This document shows, piece after piece, positions 49,949-61,153 of a DNA stretch of 64,000 nt (positions are counted from its first letter, which is position 1; each line of letters starts with the position of its first letter). The position numbers and the translations under genes were made by a program. The notes under the pieces were generated by a model, which made no database searches, had not been told where the DNA came from, and saw only the letters and a list, made by a program, of their open reading frames with translations. Origin of the DNA: an uncultured Acidimicrobiia bacterium (GTDB taxonomy: Bacteria; Acidobacteriota; Terriglobia; Versatilivoradales; Versatilivoraceae); the NCBI GenBank assembly GCA_963786955.1, contig CAWBAT010000004.1, positions 128,001 to 192,000 on the forward strand, written 5' to 3'.

Positions 49949-50914
49949 ATGAAAATAGGAGTTCTTACCGTTTTGCTGGCAAATAAACCTTTGGAAGAAG
50001 CCTTGGACTACCTCAAAGACCTGGGAGTCGAGGCGGTCGAGATTGGTTGCGGGGCATACCCGGGCACGGCTCACTGCAACCCGGATGTGCTTTTGTCCAG
50101 TGATCGAAAATTGAAAGCGTTTAAAGAAACGATTAGCAGTCGCGGACTCATTCTCAGCGCCCTCAGCGTGCACGGCAACCCAATTCATCCCAATAAGAAG
50201 ATCGCCAAAGCCCATCATCAAGATTTCGAAAAGGCCGTGAAACTCGCACGCAAGCTGGACGTGGAACGAGTGCTTACGTTCAGCGGTTGCCCCGGATCGG
50301 ATCCCCACGCCATGATACCCTCATGGATCACCGCTCCCTGGCCACCGGAGTTTCTCGAAGCTTTAGGTTGGCAGTGGAAAGAGCGCGTCATTCCTTATTG
50401 GAAGGATACCGTCAAGTTTGCCAAGAACAATGGAATCCGAAAGATCGGTTTGGAAATGCATCCGAATCTCGTCGTTTACAATGTGGAGTCGCTTCTAAAG
50501 CTTAGAAACGCGGTGGGCCCTGAGATTGGCTGCAATTTCGATCCCAGCCATTTATTTTGGCAGGGAGTCGATATCGGCGCCACGATTCGGGCTTGTGGCG
50601 ACGCCATCTTTCACGTTCATGCCAAAGACTGCAAGCTGGATCCTCGCAACATCGCGGTCAATGGGGTTCTGGATCCGAAAAATTATACCGACGAAATTCA
50701 TCGATCCTGGATCTTCCGGACTGTCGGCTATGGGAATGACTATGCCGTTTGGAAAGACATCGTGAGCAATCTCAGACTGGTGGGATACGATTATGTCTTG
50801 AGCATTGAACATGAAGATAGTTTGATGTCTTCTAATGAAGGTCTCCGCAAAGCCATCCATTTCCTCAAGCAGGTCGTCATCTCAGAACCGAGAGGCGAGG
50901 CCTATTGGGCATGA
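49949..50914 (+). CDS. sugar phosphate isomerase/epimerase (IolE-like TIM barrel)
   Basis: LEMHP, NFDPSHLFWQG, HVHAKD, SIEHED. Confidence 0.92.
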   Translation: MKIGVLTVLLANKPLEEALDYLKDLGVEAVEIGCGAYPGTAHCNPDVLLSSDRKLKAFKETISSRGLILSALSVHGNPIHPNKKIAKAHHQDFEKAVKLARKLDVERVLTFSGCPGSDPHAMIPSWITAPWPPEFLEALGWQWKERVIPYWKDTVKFAKNNGIRKIGLEMHPNLVVYNVESLLKLRNAVGPEIGCNFDPSHLFWQGVDIGATIRACGDAIFHVHAKDCKLDPRNIAVNGVLDPKNYTDEIHRSWIFRTVGYGNDYAVWKDIVSNLRLVGYDYVLSIEHEDSLMSSNEGLRKAIHFLKQVVISEPRGEAYWA

Positions 50915-50962
50915 TTTTCTGAAGGTTTTCAGTTGCTGATTGATCGATAAAGGAGAACCTCA

Positions 50963-52159
50963 ATGAAAGCTCAGTTCATTTATTATTTCGTCACCTTCTC
51001 AAGCTTAGTACTCTTGCCCTTAAGTGTTTCCGGTCAAAAATATTCAGGACGCAAGGTCTGGGTGCTAAAAAATGACAAGGTAGAAGTCATGATCACGCCA
51101 GGTGGCGGGCATATCGCCAGTGCCAAGCTGGTCTCAGGCAGAGGAGCCGATCTCAATCCATTTTGGCAGCCGCACTGGAAAAGCATCGAGCCCGAGGAAT
51201 GGAATCCTTCGCTCCCGGAATATGGCGATCCACCCGAAGCCCGCCTCTTGGCCTCAATTCTGGGGCACAATATTTGTCTAGATTTTTTTGGGTCGGTGAG
51301 TCCCGCCGAATCGGCAGCCGGAATGACGGTTCACGGAGAGGCACCCATACAAACTTGGAAGGAGTTGGGCGTAACCGACTCGAGCTTGTCTTACAGCGCC
51401 ACTTTGCCAAAAGCTCAACTGAAAGTTACCCGTCAAGTGGCACTCACGCCGAATTCGTCCGTCCTATGGATTGTCGAAAGTGTAGAGAATTTGGGAGATT
51501 TCGATCGTCCATTTGGCTGGCAGCAACATCCGACGATGGGTAGACCTTTTCTGGAAAAGGGGGCATCGTTTTTTGATGCTTCAGCGACCTGGTGCAGGGT
51601 GGGCCCCGGATCCTTTAGTAAAGGGAATCGATTAAAGAGTGGCGCTGAATTCCAGTGGCCGAATGCACCCGGCGTAGACGGGAAAACCGTCGATCTCAGA
51701 GCATGGCCACAAGGGGAAAAGTCCAGCGATTTCGTTACGACTTTGATGGATCCTTCCCGCGAATGGGCTTATTTCACAGCTATCAACCGAAGCAAGGGGC
51801 TTCTGGTCGGATATATCTGGCCGCGAAAGGAATGGCCCTGGCTGGGAATCTGGGAAGAAAATCTATTTCGAAGCGCCAAGCCGTGGCAGGAGCGTGAAGT
51901 GACACGCGGACTCGAATTTGGGACCACGGCCTTTCCGGATTCTCGCCGTGCGGCCATTGAAATGGGTCATCTGAACGGTGTCCAGACTTATCGCTGGATA
52001 TCGGCTCGTGAGAAACAGACGATTGGCTACGGGCTATTCCTGGCCTCCATCCCGGAAGACGCAACCGGTGTGAGTGATGTACAGATGATGGAGAATTCAA
52101 TCGTTATTCACCTCACGGGCGTGAAAGAGAGCATTAAATTGGCTGTGAAGCGGCCCTGA
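50963..52159 (+). CDS. exported galactose-mutarotase-like fold protein
   Basis: Signal peptide; GHNICLDFFG, VHGEA, WQQHPT, GLEFG motifs reminiscent of aldose epimerase-like proteins. Confidence 0.6.
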   Translation: MKAQFIYYFVTFSSLVLLPLSVSGQKYSGRKVWVLKNDKVEVMITPGGGHIASAKLVSGRGADLNPFWQPHWKSIEPEEWNPSLPEYGDPPEARLLASILGHNICLDFFGSVSPAESAAGMTVHGEAPIQTWKELGVTDSSLSYSATLPKAQLKVTRQVALTPNSSVLWIVESVENLGDFDRPFGWQQHPTMGRPFLEKGASFFDASATWCRVGPGSFSKGNRLKSGAEFQWPNAPGVDGKTVDLRAWPQGEKSSDFVTTLMDPSREWAYFTAINRSKGLLVGYIWPRKEWPWLGIWEENLFRSAKPWQEREVTRGLEFGTTAFPDSRRAAIEMGHLNGVQTYRWISAREKQTIGYGLFLASIPEDATGVSDVQMMENSIVIHLTGVKESIKLAVKRP

Positions 52160-52240
52160 GCGGCACAAGGTTGCCGCCTGGACTTTGGTTTAAATGTAAT
52201 TTGGAGCAATAAAACATTGTTTGTTAGTAAATCTTCACCC

Positions 52241-52400
52241 CCAATCGTCCCCCCTTGTCCAAGGGGGGACGATTGGAAAGAAGCAAGCGGGAATCCGGAA
52301 GATCACGCATTGGATACAGTGCCGATTTTGGAGGTTCCACAAATCCGACAATAGCAATCAGAATAGCAAGAACGGTGTCCCCCCTTCGACAAGGGGGGAC
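52241..52400. repeat. pair of GTCCCCCCTT/AAGGGGGGAC palindromes (REP-like, possible terminator)
   Basis: 17-bp perfect stem at 52241-52276 and 10-bp stem at 52377-52400, between convergent genes. Confidence 0.75.
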
Positions 52401-52492
52401 TTCAGGGGGGATCCGTCATCCCGCAGGCAGAGATGGCAGAATGGTGAGTAACTCTCGCAGTTGGGCCAAAACAATCTTCAGCTGGTAAAATT

Positions 52493-53095
52493 CTAGCTCT
52501 GGTGCTCCGGGTGGGTACAGCCGGGAAATTCATCCAGTACGCCATTCCCTTTGTAGCCGAGTTCATCAAGACCAATTCTAGAAGTATAAAACCCTTCGAT
52601 GGTCACTTCCTTAATTGCCTTAAAGAATCTTGCTGGCAGCGGGTTGTTTGTGGGAGGATTTTTGATTTGGCTCATCTCAGTCAAGATTTCAAACTGCTGT
52701 TCTTTTGAAAGCTCAACAAAAATCTTTCCATGCCGCGAATGGCTTGTCTTGTCCAACCATTCCAGGCCATCTCGATAAAGTTTCTTGAGGCTGGATGGCG
52801 CCTGACTCACGATCATATCGATATACTCGTTCACCTTGGCTTCGCGGGCGCCCGGAGTCTCATCCGTGGGGATGATCCATGAAGCCAATTCCGTGACTGT
52901 GGCATATTGCGGCGGATTGAAAAAGACCGGGGTCTTCGCAGCATGAGGATCGGAGACCGGAGGAACGGCAGCCGGGAGGTGATGTCCTTCAGCGGACGCT
53001 TGACCTTTGAGTATAGGGAAGCTGGCCGCTGTTCCTAATCCAAGAGCAACCTCTTTGATGGCTTTCCGCCGACTCACTGGGTTACGATTTGGCAT
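52493..53095 (-). CDS. gluconate 2-dehydrogenase subunit 3 family protein (Tat)
   Basis: SRRKAIK, IIPTDETPGA, TIEGFYTS.IG..ELGY.GN. Confidence 0.9.
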   Translation of the reverse strand: MPNRNPVSRRKAIKEVALGLGTAASFPILKGQASAEGHHLPAAVPPVSDPHAAKTPVFFNPPQYATVTELASWIIPTDETPGAREAKVNEYIDMIVSQAPSSLKKLYRDGLEWLDKTSHSRHGKIFVELSKEQQFEILTEMSQIKNPPTNNPLPARFFKAIKEVTIEGFYTSRIGLDELGYKGNGVLDEFPGCTHPEHQS

Positions 53096-53332
53096 TAGAT
53101 TCTAACTCATCCTCTCGAGCCGCTGACACAAGTTCTCAAAGACTTGAACTCAACTTATTGAAGCTATCTTATCTCAGGTCACTTCTTTTTCAAACTTTTC
53201 GCTGGAGGATCTCCAGAAAGAGTTACATGATTGAATTTGATCTTCGAACAGCGCTCTTTGCGCTTCTCTCAGGACGGTTCGACTCCTTAAAAGGATGATA
53301 TCTGTTTGAAGAAAAAGTTTTCTTCAAAACAC

Positions 53333-53361
53333 TTGCTCATTTGGGAAGAAATCACTAAGAT
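53333..53361 (+). promoter_or_regulatory. possible sigma70 promoter upstream of the STAS gene
   Basis: TTGCTC-N17-TAAGAT. Confidence 0.4.
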
Positions 53362-53562
53362 AAATTTCACTGCTTATCAACAGCCTTCCGGGTTGTTTTT
53401 CTGTGTTCGAAGTGGAGCATTCACGTGATTCGCTCCCTCCGGTTTCGAGCTTTTCTAAGGCCTGGCCCTGGTTAGCCCTGGGAGGTTCGTCGATTCAGCG
53501 TCATCTGAGTGACTTGTTCCCGTTGAAATCAGTTCGATTGGATTCGAGGAGGATCTACTAAT

Positions 53563-53967
53563 TTGAAATTTACACTTAGGGTTGTGGGAGATGTTTGTGT
53601 CCTAAAGCTCGATGGGAAATTTATGGCTGGAGGAGATAGTTTCTTCCTTCGAGAAAAATTAAAGAACGTGATCAGTATGGGAATTGAGAATGTCCTGATC
53701 GATATGGATAGTGTTCCCTATATTGACAGCACGGGAGTCGGGTTTCTCGTCAGCACGCACACTTCAATGACCAATGATGGTGGACAACTCAAGCTGCTGA
53801 AGGTGAAACCCAAAATATTGGAAGTGTTCAAGATCATGAATTTGCTCTCCGTCTTCGAGATCTTCGATGACGAAGAGCCGGCCATGAAGAGCTTTGAATC
53901 AAAAAAAGCAGTTGAGCCATCGCCCAAGAAGAAAAGGGCGACGAAGGCAGTCAAAGAAGCTGACTAG
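53563..53967 (+). CDS. STAS domain anti-sigma factor antagonist
   Basis: VPYIDSTGVG phosphorylation motif; RBS GAGGAGG, TTG start. Confidence 0.93.
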   Translation: MKFTLRVVGDVCVLKLDGKFMAGGDSFFLREKLKNVISMGIENVLIDMDSVPYIDSTGVGFLVSTHTSMTNDGGQLKLLKVKPKILEVFKIMNLLSVFEIFDDEEPAMKSFESKKAVEPSPKKKRATKAVKEAD

Positions 53968-54153
53968 CCTGGTCAATCTGCTAGGGGGTTTTCTAAAACC
54001 TTCTGCTGTTGCCGATTTCCAGGACTTCCCGCCTGATTGAAATCCTAGCTTGGACTCTTACCCATTCATACGGCTCCAGTTCCAGAGTTGATTATGCTTT
54101 CCTCTATTCTGTGTGCAGTATTCCTTAGGCGGCATATTCGTGCTGCTCGTCCG

Positions 54154-55581
54154 TTGAAAAGGGAAAGAGCCCGGTGGCTAGCCCTGTGTCTTTATTGCTG
54201 GGCATGGGCAAAGAAACTCTGGACAGTGGCGGCACTGGCTTCCCCACTCTTCGCGCAAAGCATGGCGCCTCAATCCAAACCCATCCTGATCCAACCGGAA
54301 GTTCAATTTCAAAGATTCGATGGATTTGGAATCACGCTCGGAAATGGAGCGGCCCAAGAGATCATGGGGCTTCCCGAAAAGGAGAGAGCCCGACTGATGG
54401 ACCTACTCTTCGGATCTCAGGGGACGCATTTCAACTTGGTCCGAAATGAAATCACCTGGGCTGCGAAGCGCCTTCCCATGACCCACCCGTTGTACCTTCG
54501 CGGTCTGCAGTTTTCTCTTGTCGATGAAAAGAGTGAAACCCATCAATTCAACTTGCTCCGGGAAGCACAAAAGCGGAATGAAGTAATTCCTTATGGTTGT
54601 AACTGGAGTCCCCCCCCGCTCTGGAAGACGAATCTTTCCGAAAAAGATGGGGGAGGATTAATGACCCAGCATTACGAAGATTTTGCCGCTTACTTAGGAG
54701 CTTACATTGATTCTTACAAAAAGCTGCGGTTTCTCGAAATTCCTTTCCTGAGCTTTCAAAATAGTCCTGAAAGCTCAGGGCCGTTTCAAAGCTGCCTCTG
54801 GAAAGCCGATCAAACAACAGAGTTCCTCAAGGTGCTGGCAAAACAATTCAAAGGGCAAGGAATCCGCACTCGATTTCTCCTGCCGGAATTAGATTGGAGT
54901 TCGCTGGCCGAGTTTCTCAAACCCATCATGGCAGATCCGGAAGCACGGCAATGGGTATCCGGAATCTCGGCTCACTCTTATGCAGGAGATAACAATGACC
55001 GGTCGAAAATTAGAGAAATTTCGAAAAGGTTTAATCTGAAGTTGTGGCAGACAGAATATGCCCTACCGTCCGCAGAAGATTCGGCGGGGCTGGATGGCGG
55101 GTTGCGTCTGGCTGAACAGGTCATGAACGACCTGCTCTATGCAGAATGCCAAGCATGGTTTTACTGGGTTCCCTTGGCCTCTCCCCCATGGAAAGGTCGC
55201 ACCGCCCTTCTAGATAAAGAATCCAATTCGTTCAAGCTGACAAAGCGATTCTGGTGCCTGGCTCAATTCAGCCGTTTTATCTCAAACAATTCAGTCCGGA
55301 TTATGGCTAGCGGCGGGACCTCTCCAGTCATTGCATTCCGAAACTCCGGCTACAATGCCATTACTCTCGTCCTCTTGAATCGCTCGGAAGAGCCTGTTCA
55401 TGAAACCATCCAGACACGAGACTGGAACCTCGAGCGTACGGCGGCTTATCGCACTGCTCAAGAAGAAGACTGTGCTGTCATCCCCTTACCAGGAGAGAGC
55501 GGCCCAAAATTGTCATTGACTCTCGCCCCTCGAAGTATCACCACCTTCACAGCCCAGATTCGCCGTCTTTCCTCACGCTAG
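54154..55581 (+). CDS. GH30-like glycoside hydrolase, atypical acid/base site
   Basis: FQRFDGFG, WSPP.LWKTN, FQNSPE, AHSY, LWQTE, AQFSRFI, L..RSITT. Confidence 0.8.
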   Translation: MKRERARWLALCLYCWAWAKKLWTVAALASPLFAQSMAPQSKPILIQPEVQFQRFDGFGITLGNGAAQEIMGLPEKERARLMDLLFGSQGTHFNLVRNEITWAAKRLPMTHPLYLRGLQFSLVDEKSETHQFNLLREAQKRNEVIPYGCNWSPPPLWKTNLSEKDGGGLMTQHYEDFAAYLGAYIDSYKKLRFLEIPFLSFQNSPESSGPFQSCLWKADQTTEFLKVLAKQFKGQGIRTRFLLPELDWSSLAEFLKPIMADPEARQWVSGISAHSYAGDNNDRSKIREISKRFNLKLWQTEYALPSAEDSAGLDGGLRLAEQVMNDLLYAECQAWFYWVPLASPPWKGRTALLDKESNSFKLTKRFWCLAQFSRFISNNSVRIMASGGTSPVIAFRNSGYNAITLVLLNRSEEPVHETIQTRDWNLERTAAYRTAQEEDCAVIPLPGESGPKLSLTLAPRSITTFTAQIRRLSSR

Positions 55582-55674
55582 TATTCAATTTGTTTGGGAT
55601 TGGAATGGATCTTGCTTTTACCAACTCCTGAAAACCAATTCCAAAGGAAATGATTGGAAGAGGAGGACTTGCTT

Positions 55675-56337
55675 ATGCGTCGGAATTACCAGTTCATCTT
55701 TTTGAGTTGCATTCTCGTAATTGGGGTCGCCTGCAGTGGCCCTGGGGTGACCAGTTCAGATTCAACAGGTATTGAGGGGCCGGCCCTCGGCAATGTCAAG
55801 AAAGACATGGACGCCAAAAAAAGCGCTGAAACGCTCGCTCCAGGAACAGTTATTCAAGCTTCATTGCAACATTCTTTAACGACAGAGCGCAATACGCCTG
55901 GAGACCCGATCAGCCTTACCGTAATCCACGATGTCAAGTTGAATGACAAAGTGTTAATTCCTAGCGGGAGCACTGTGAAAGGTATCGTCGCGGAATCGAT
56001 GAGGTCGGGACGAGTCAAAGGCGTCGCCTACATGGCCCTGCGATTTATTGAAATCAACCTTCCCAACGGTCAGAGTTATTCTATCCAGGCCTCCAATGTT
56101 TCACGGCTAGCCGAGACGACCCATAAACGAGATGCTTTGATGATTGGTGGCGGCGCTGGAGCGGGAACATTAATTGGAGCCATCGCAGGCGGAGGCAAGG
56201 GAGCGGCCATTGGAGCCGCAGCAGGAGGCGCCGCGGGGACAGGGGCAGTGCTGGCAACGCGCGGAAAAGAAACCGGGTTCCCCTCCGGATCCACCATTCC
56301 GATCAAATTGACCCAACCACTAAAAATTGCGACTTAG
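55675..56337 (+). CDS. lipoprotein with VirB10/TrbI-like domain and glycine zipper
   Basis: Lipobox VAC, IPSGSTVKG, GGGAGAGTLIGAIAGGGKGAAIG. Confidence 0.8.
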   Translation: MRRNYQFIFLSCILVIGVACSGPGVTSSDSTGIEGPALGNVKKDMDAKKSAETLAPGTVIQASLQHSLTTERNTPGDPISLTVIHDVKLNDKVLIPSGSTVKGIVAESMRSGRVKGVAYMALRFIEINLPNGQSYSIQASNVSRLAETTHKRDALMIGGGAGAGTLIGAIAGGGKGAAIGAAAGGAAGTGAVLATRGKETGFPSGSTIPIKLTQPLKIAT

Positions 56338-56552
56338 GAATCCAATGGGATGACATAGGCGCTTAAATGATTTCGGGGAGGGAACCACCAAGGGAGGGCT
56401 TACTCAGTTTCGAGCTGCCCCTAAAGAGAGGTGGAGCGGGCGCTCCTGCGCACGCTGAACGCATGCGGGGGAACAGCGGTCCCACGCGCGCATTCCAGCC
56501 AAAGAAGTTTAGACCGTTGAAAATGTGTTTAGGTGTTTCTGAAACGCAGTAC

Positions 56553-56945
56553 TCAGTTATGGCTGGTGAAATCAAACTTCAGCTCATACACGCGACCGGG
56601 CAAATCGATAGGAACAGTGTAGTTTACATGGATCAAAATCTTGTCTGACATTCTCTCTATTTTGATATCTTGTTTCTCTAAATGGATCCCCATTTCTTTT
56701 GCCTTGTGGATCACTAAATCCTGAGTATCGAGCGCTGCTCCTTTTTTCGACGACCCCAGTCCGGAAACTTCATAGACTGCCAATTCGTCTAAGGCATCTT
56801 TCAACTCATAATGGCTTACATATGGGGGAATGAATTTGTACCCAAGATAGCCTAAAGCCCCCAGCAGGAGAAAAGAGAAGAGACACCCCAGGTTCCCCCG
56901 CCCCTGCTGGTTTTTGAGGTTTCTCCGGTTAGACGCGGATTTCAT
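56553..56945 (-). CDS. DUF4845-like membrane-anchored protein
   Basis: QQGRG + TM helix + [13 protein letters not shown]; overlaps the proS stop. Confidence 0.7.
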   Translation of the reverse strand: MKSASNRRNLKNQQGRGNLGCLFSFLLLGALGYLGYKFIPPYVSHYELKDALDELAVYEVSGLGSSKKGAALDTQDLVIHKAKEMGIHLEKQDIKIERMSDKILIHVNYTVPIDLPGRVYELKFDFTSHN

Positions 56946-58648
56946 GGCGTTCCATTCTCCGCCAACATTTCTTTTGCTTTGGCCTCGAGTAAAGAGACCT
57001 CAATCTCATCGGTTTTCCTGGAGGCACGATGGATCCATTCGATCTTGCCCTCAGCAAACTTCTTACTACCGAAGTTGATCCGGTAAGGGATGCCGATCAG
57101 GTCAGCATCCTTGAATTTGACTCCCGGCCTTTCCTCGCGATCATCCAGCAAGACATCTATACCCAAGGAATTCAACAACGAATAAGATTTCAGAGCTGCT
57201 TCCACTAAGGATGAATCTTTCATATTCAGCACCGAGATCACACAATGGAAGGGTGCGATCGAAAAAGGCCACGCGATCCCATCGGAATCATGACGGATCT
57301 CAACTGCCGCGGCCATAATTCTCTCGAGCCCGATGCCATAGCTTCCCATCACAATGGGAACAGCCTTGCCGTCTGCCTTCAAGACATGAGCGCCCATGCT
57401 TTCGGAGTACTTTGTGCCTAACTTAAAAATGTGCCCAACTTCGAGAGCCTTGCTCACCGCCAACGAGTTGCCGCATTGGACACAGGGGTCTCCGGCCTGA
57501 ACAAGTCGAAGGTCGGCATACTCAGCCACGTAGTCTCTGCCAGGCTCTACCCCGGTGAGATGAAAGTCATCCCGGTTGGCCCCGCAAGTTAAGTTCATTT
57601 GATCTCGCAAAGCGAGGTCCGAGAGGATTCTCAGTTTCGTTACCCCGACAGGCCCTAGCGATCCAGCTCCCGCTCCCATCACTTCCTCAATTTCCTCCGG
57701 ACGCGCCGGGCGAACTTCAACCCCCAAGAAAGACTGCAGTTTCATTTCATTCAACTGGTGGTCCCCTCGAACCAAAGAGAGCACAGGTTTCCCCGCTGCC
57801 ACATAGACCAGTGTTTTGATTTGCTGCGAGGGTTTGAGCTGAAGAAAGCGGGCAACCTCTTCAATTGTTTTCTGACCGGGAGTCGATACCAGCTCAGGGC
57901 GTTCCGGGCCTTTGGTTTCATTCGTGGCCTCCGGTCGCGATGTTGCTTTCTCCATGTTGGCCGCGTAACCGCAGCTGCAATACACAATCTGATCCTCACC
58001 GGCGTCGGTAACCACCATGAATTCGTGGGATTGCCGGCCACCCATCATTCCACTATCTGCTTCAACGACACGATAGCGAAGCCCGCAGCGATCGTAAATC
58101 CGGCAATAGGCCTCATAATGTTTTTGGTAACTGATATCTAAACCTTCCCAATCCATATCAAATGAATAGGAATCCTTCATGGTAAACTGCCGGACTCGAA
58201 GCAAACCGGACTTGGGCCGGGGTTCGTCCCGAAACTTGGTTTGAATTTGATACCAAATCTGAGGAAGTTGCCGGTAGGAGCGCAGCTCATCGCGGGCAAT
58301 GGCGGTGAAGACTTCTTCATGGGTCATCCCCAAACAAAGGTCTCGGGTTGCGCGGTCTTTGAGACGAAACATATTCTGTCCCATGGCTTCCCAACGACCA
58401 CTCTCTTGCCAGAGTTCCGCTGGCTGCAAGGCCGGCAAATAAAACTCTTGGGCTCCCATCCCATCGAGTTCTTCGCGGACAATCTTGGCGATCTTATTGA
58501 GAACGCGCTGAGCCAGCGGCAAATAGGAATAAATCCCCGCAGCTAACTGGCGAATGTACCCGCCTCTCAACAAAAGCACATGACTCGGAACCTGGGCATC
58601 TGCCGGCGCTTCCCGCAACGTCGGGATGAACATGTGGCTCCAGCGCAT
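56942..58648 (-). CDS. proS: proline--tRNA ligase
   Basis: [37 protein letters not shown]. Confidence 0.98.
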   Translation of the reverse strand: MRWSHMFIPTLREAPADAQVPSHVLLLRGGYIRQLAAGIYSYLPLAQRVLNKIAKIVREELDGMGAQEFYLPALQPAELWQESGRWEAMGQNMFRLKDRATRDLCLGMTHEEVFTAIARDELRSYRQLPQIWYQIQTKFRDEPRPKSGLLRVRQFTMKDSYSFDMDWEGLDISYQKHYEAYCRIYDRCGLRYRVVEADSGMMGGRQSHEFMVVTDAGEDQIVYCSCGYAANMEKATSRPEATNETKGPERPELVSTPGQKTIEEVARFLQLKPSQQIKTLVYVAAGKPVLSLVRGDHQLNEMKLQSFLGVEVRPARPEEIEEVMGAGAGSLGPVGVTKLRILSDLALRDQMNLTCGANRDDFHLTGVEPGRDYVAEYADLRLVQAGDPCVQCGNSLAVSKALEVGHIFKLGTKYSESMGAHVLKADGKAVPIVMGSYGIGLERIMAAAVEIRHDSDGIAWPFSIAPFHCVISVLNMKDSSLVEAALKSYSLLNSLGIDVLLDDREERPGVKFKDADLIGIPYRINFGSKKFAEGKIEWIHRASRKTDEIEVSLLEAKAKEMLAENGTP

Positions 58649-58867
58649 GAAGACTCCTTCAACCTTAATGATGGCCTCGATACCGCATTCGAAAGGAAGC
58701 CTGCAACGGGTCCACTGTCACAGAATCTTCCCGGGATCGAGGAAGCGTTAGCGAAAGGCTAAAGTAGTGTATCTTCCTCATGACGTCAAGTGAATTGTAG
58801 ATTTTAGAGTCCTCTGAAATCCAGTCCAGATGCGGATATCCAGACAAGCCCTTTCTTTGGAATTGAA

Positions 58868-58896
58868 TTGAATCTCGCGAGGATATTCGCTAGAAT
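58868..58896 (+). promoter_or_regulatory. possible sigma70 promoter of glyA
   Basis: TTGAAT-N17-TAGAAT. Confidence 0.45.
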
Positions 58897-59017
58897 GCCG
58901 TTGCTTTAATTGCTGCGAACGCTCGAAATACTGTTCACCCGTCTCATTTAAGAATGATCATTTTGAAATCTGGGTTCAGCTCGAAGTGATCGATTTGCAT
59001 CCATAAGGTGAAGAGAA

Positions 59018-60289
59018 ATGCCTACAAATGTTGATGTACGCGCGGGAAACACCCTTCAATCGGTGGATCCCGAAGTCTATGCCGCTGTTTCGTCTGAGAC
59101 CAGACGCCAAGCTTTCCATCTCGAAATGATTGCTTCAGAGAACTTCGTCAGTGAGGCTGTGCTCGAGGCGATGGGCAGCGTCTTCACCAATAAGTACGCG
59201 GAAGGCTATCCCGGAAAGCGCTATTACGGAGGGTGCGAATTCACCGATGTGGTCGAGACTTTGGCTATTGAGCGCGTCAAACAACTCTTCGGGGCAGACC
59301 ATGCCAACGTTCAGCCCCATTCCGGAACCCAGGCCAATATGGCAGTCTATATGACCGTTCTCTCCCCTGGAGATACGATCCTGGGGATGAATCTCTCCCA
59401 TGGAGGCCATTTGACTCATGGCCATCCCTTGAACTTTTCGGGGAAGATGTATCGAGTCGTTCCTTACGGGGTTCACAAAGAAACGGAGACCATCGACTAT
59501 GATGAGTTGGGAAAACTTGCGCACGAACACAGACCGAAGTTAATTGTGGTCGGTGCCAGTGCCTATCCGCGAATCATTGACTTCGAACGCATTGCTAAAA
59601 TCGCAGCTTCTGCGGGTTCCCTGGTGATGGCAGATATCGCTCACATCGCGGGTCTTGTGGCCGTGGGGGAACATCCGAGCCCGGTTCCACACTGTGATTT
59701 AGTGAGCAGCACAACGCACAAAACACTTCGAGGACCTCGAGGAGGAATGATTCTCTGTAAAGAGAAATTCGCGAAAGACATCGATAAGATGGTTTTCCCC
59801 GGCACTCAGGGAGGCCCTCTCGTCCACATCATCGCTGCCAAGGCCGTTTGTTTCCACGAAGCACTCCAACCAGAATATAAGTCCTACATTCAGCAGGTCG
59901 TCAAGAACGCCAAAGTTTTGGCCTCGACCATTCAGGACCGGGGTTACCGCATCGTTTCGGGAGGCACGGACAATCACTTGATGCTCGTAGATGTTTTCTC
60001 AAAAGGAATTACAGGGAAGCAGGCCGAAAAGGCTCTTGAGAATGCCGGTATTACAGTCAATAAGAATACGATCCCATACGATACAAATTCTCCTATGGTC
60101 ACAAGCGGGGTTCGCTTAGGAACTCCCGCCTTGACGACTCGTGGAATGAAAGAAGAAGATATGAAACGGGTCGGTGCATTCATTTGCGATGTCCTGGATG
60201 ATATCTCCAATGAACTGACCCAGACCCAAACGAAAGCTAAAGTCAGAGAGTTGACCCGGAGGTTCCCACTTTACCCTTCGAGGACTTAA
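59018..60289 (+). CDS. glyA: serine hydroxymethyltransferase
   Basis: [32 protein letters not shown]. Confidence 0.98.
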   Translation: MPTNVDVRAGNTLQSVDPEVYAAVSSETRRQAFHLEMIASENFVSEAVLEAMGSVFTNKYAEGYPGKRYYGGCEFTDVVETLAIERVKQLFGADHANVQPHSGTQANMAVYMTVLSPGDTILGMNLSHGGHLTHGHPLNFSGKMYRVVPYGVHKETETIDYDELGKLAHEHRPKLIVVGASAYPRIIDFERIAKIAASAGSLVMADIAHIAGLVAVGEHPSPVPHCDLVSSTTHKTLRGPRGGMILCKEKFAKDIDKMVFPGTQGGPLVHIIAAKAVCFHEALQPEYKSYIQQVVKNAKVLASTIQDRGYRIVSGGTDNHLMLVDVFSKGITGKQAEKALENAGITVNKNTIPYDTNSPMVTSGVRLGTPALTTRGMKEEDMKRVGAFICDVLDDISNELTQTQTKAKVRELTRRFPLYPSRT

Positions 60290-60732
60290 TGTCGCGACCA
60301 ATGAGGCATAAGTTTTCCGACTTTCGGTCGAATTGACTTGGCAGCCTCGAAAGTCACCATTCCCGGCCTAGATTTTCCGTTTGGATTCCTCATTTTCATA
60401 AGACACACGCAATTAAGAACTTCTTGGGAAATGCATCTCTCAGAAAGGGCTGTTCAATTTTGTTCTTTCATAAATGGTTGCAATGGGCACGACATACGAT
60501 CTGTCCAATTTTCAGTGGATTACGATCAAAGTAAACCTTTTGGGCTTAAAATGGATCTATTAATTTGGAGCCCAAAGTGCTTGGTGTAAGGTGTGTGTTC
60601 TAGTTTGAGGGATGGGGAAAGGCAGCCCGACCAGTGCTGTAAGACAACGCAATCGATAACTTGCTAAAATAGGGTCGGGACAACCTCAGATGAGATAACA
60701 TCAAAAGGCTAAATTAAGAAGGGGAGTCGAAA

Positions 60733-61035
60733 ATGACACTAAAATCCTGGCGAAATCTCGGTAAGGCTTCACAACATATTGTCAAGCGCTCGTTGGATAA
60801 TCGGATTGTTTTCTGCGCAAATTGTGAGGCTAATCGAATACTTGCGGTTAACTCATCAGGGACTTTGACCTGTTCAAGTTGTGGGTCTGAAAGCTGGATG
60901 TATTTATCTGCACCATTGACTGCCAATTTCAGAGAATACGATGAGAAGAAGGCTCAAGAAGAAATCGCCGTAAATCGATACCTCCACAAGTTGGAGCACG
61001 AAAACTTTTTCACCCCAGACGGGGCACTGGTTTGA
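60733..61035 (+). CDS. small putative zinc-ribbon protein
   Basis: CANC...CSSCGS; RBS GGGGAG. Confidence 0.65.
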   Translation: MTLKSWRNLGKASQHIVKRSLDNRIVFCANCEANRILAVNSSGTLTCSSCGSESWMYLSAPLTANFREYDEKKAQEEIAVNRYLHKLEHENFFTPDGALV

Positions 61036-61153
61036 TTTGATGCACACCGATGCCAGTTCTTAAAAATTCTCTCCGCTGAAGTTCCTCCTCTCCTCCTTGT
61101 CAAGTGGGGGAGACGAAGACCGCAAGATTCTTCGTTTCCCCCGTTTTTTTGTC

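Noticed and set aside
58649-59017. ZTP riboswitch (glyA) or T-box (proS)
   Set aside because: Neither consensus is visible; it looks like an ordinary divergent promoter region.
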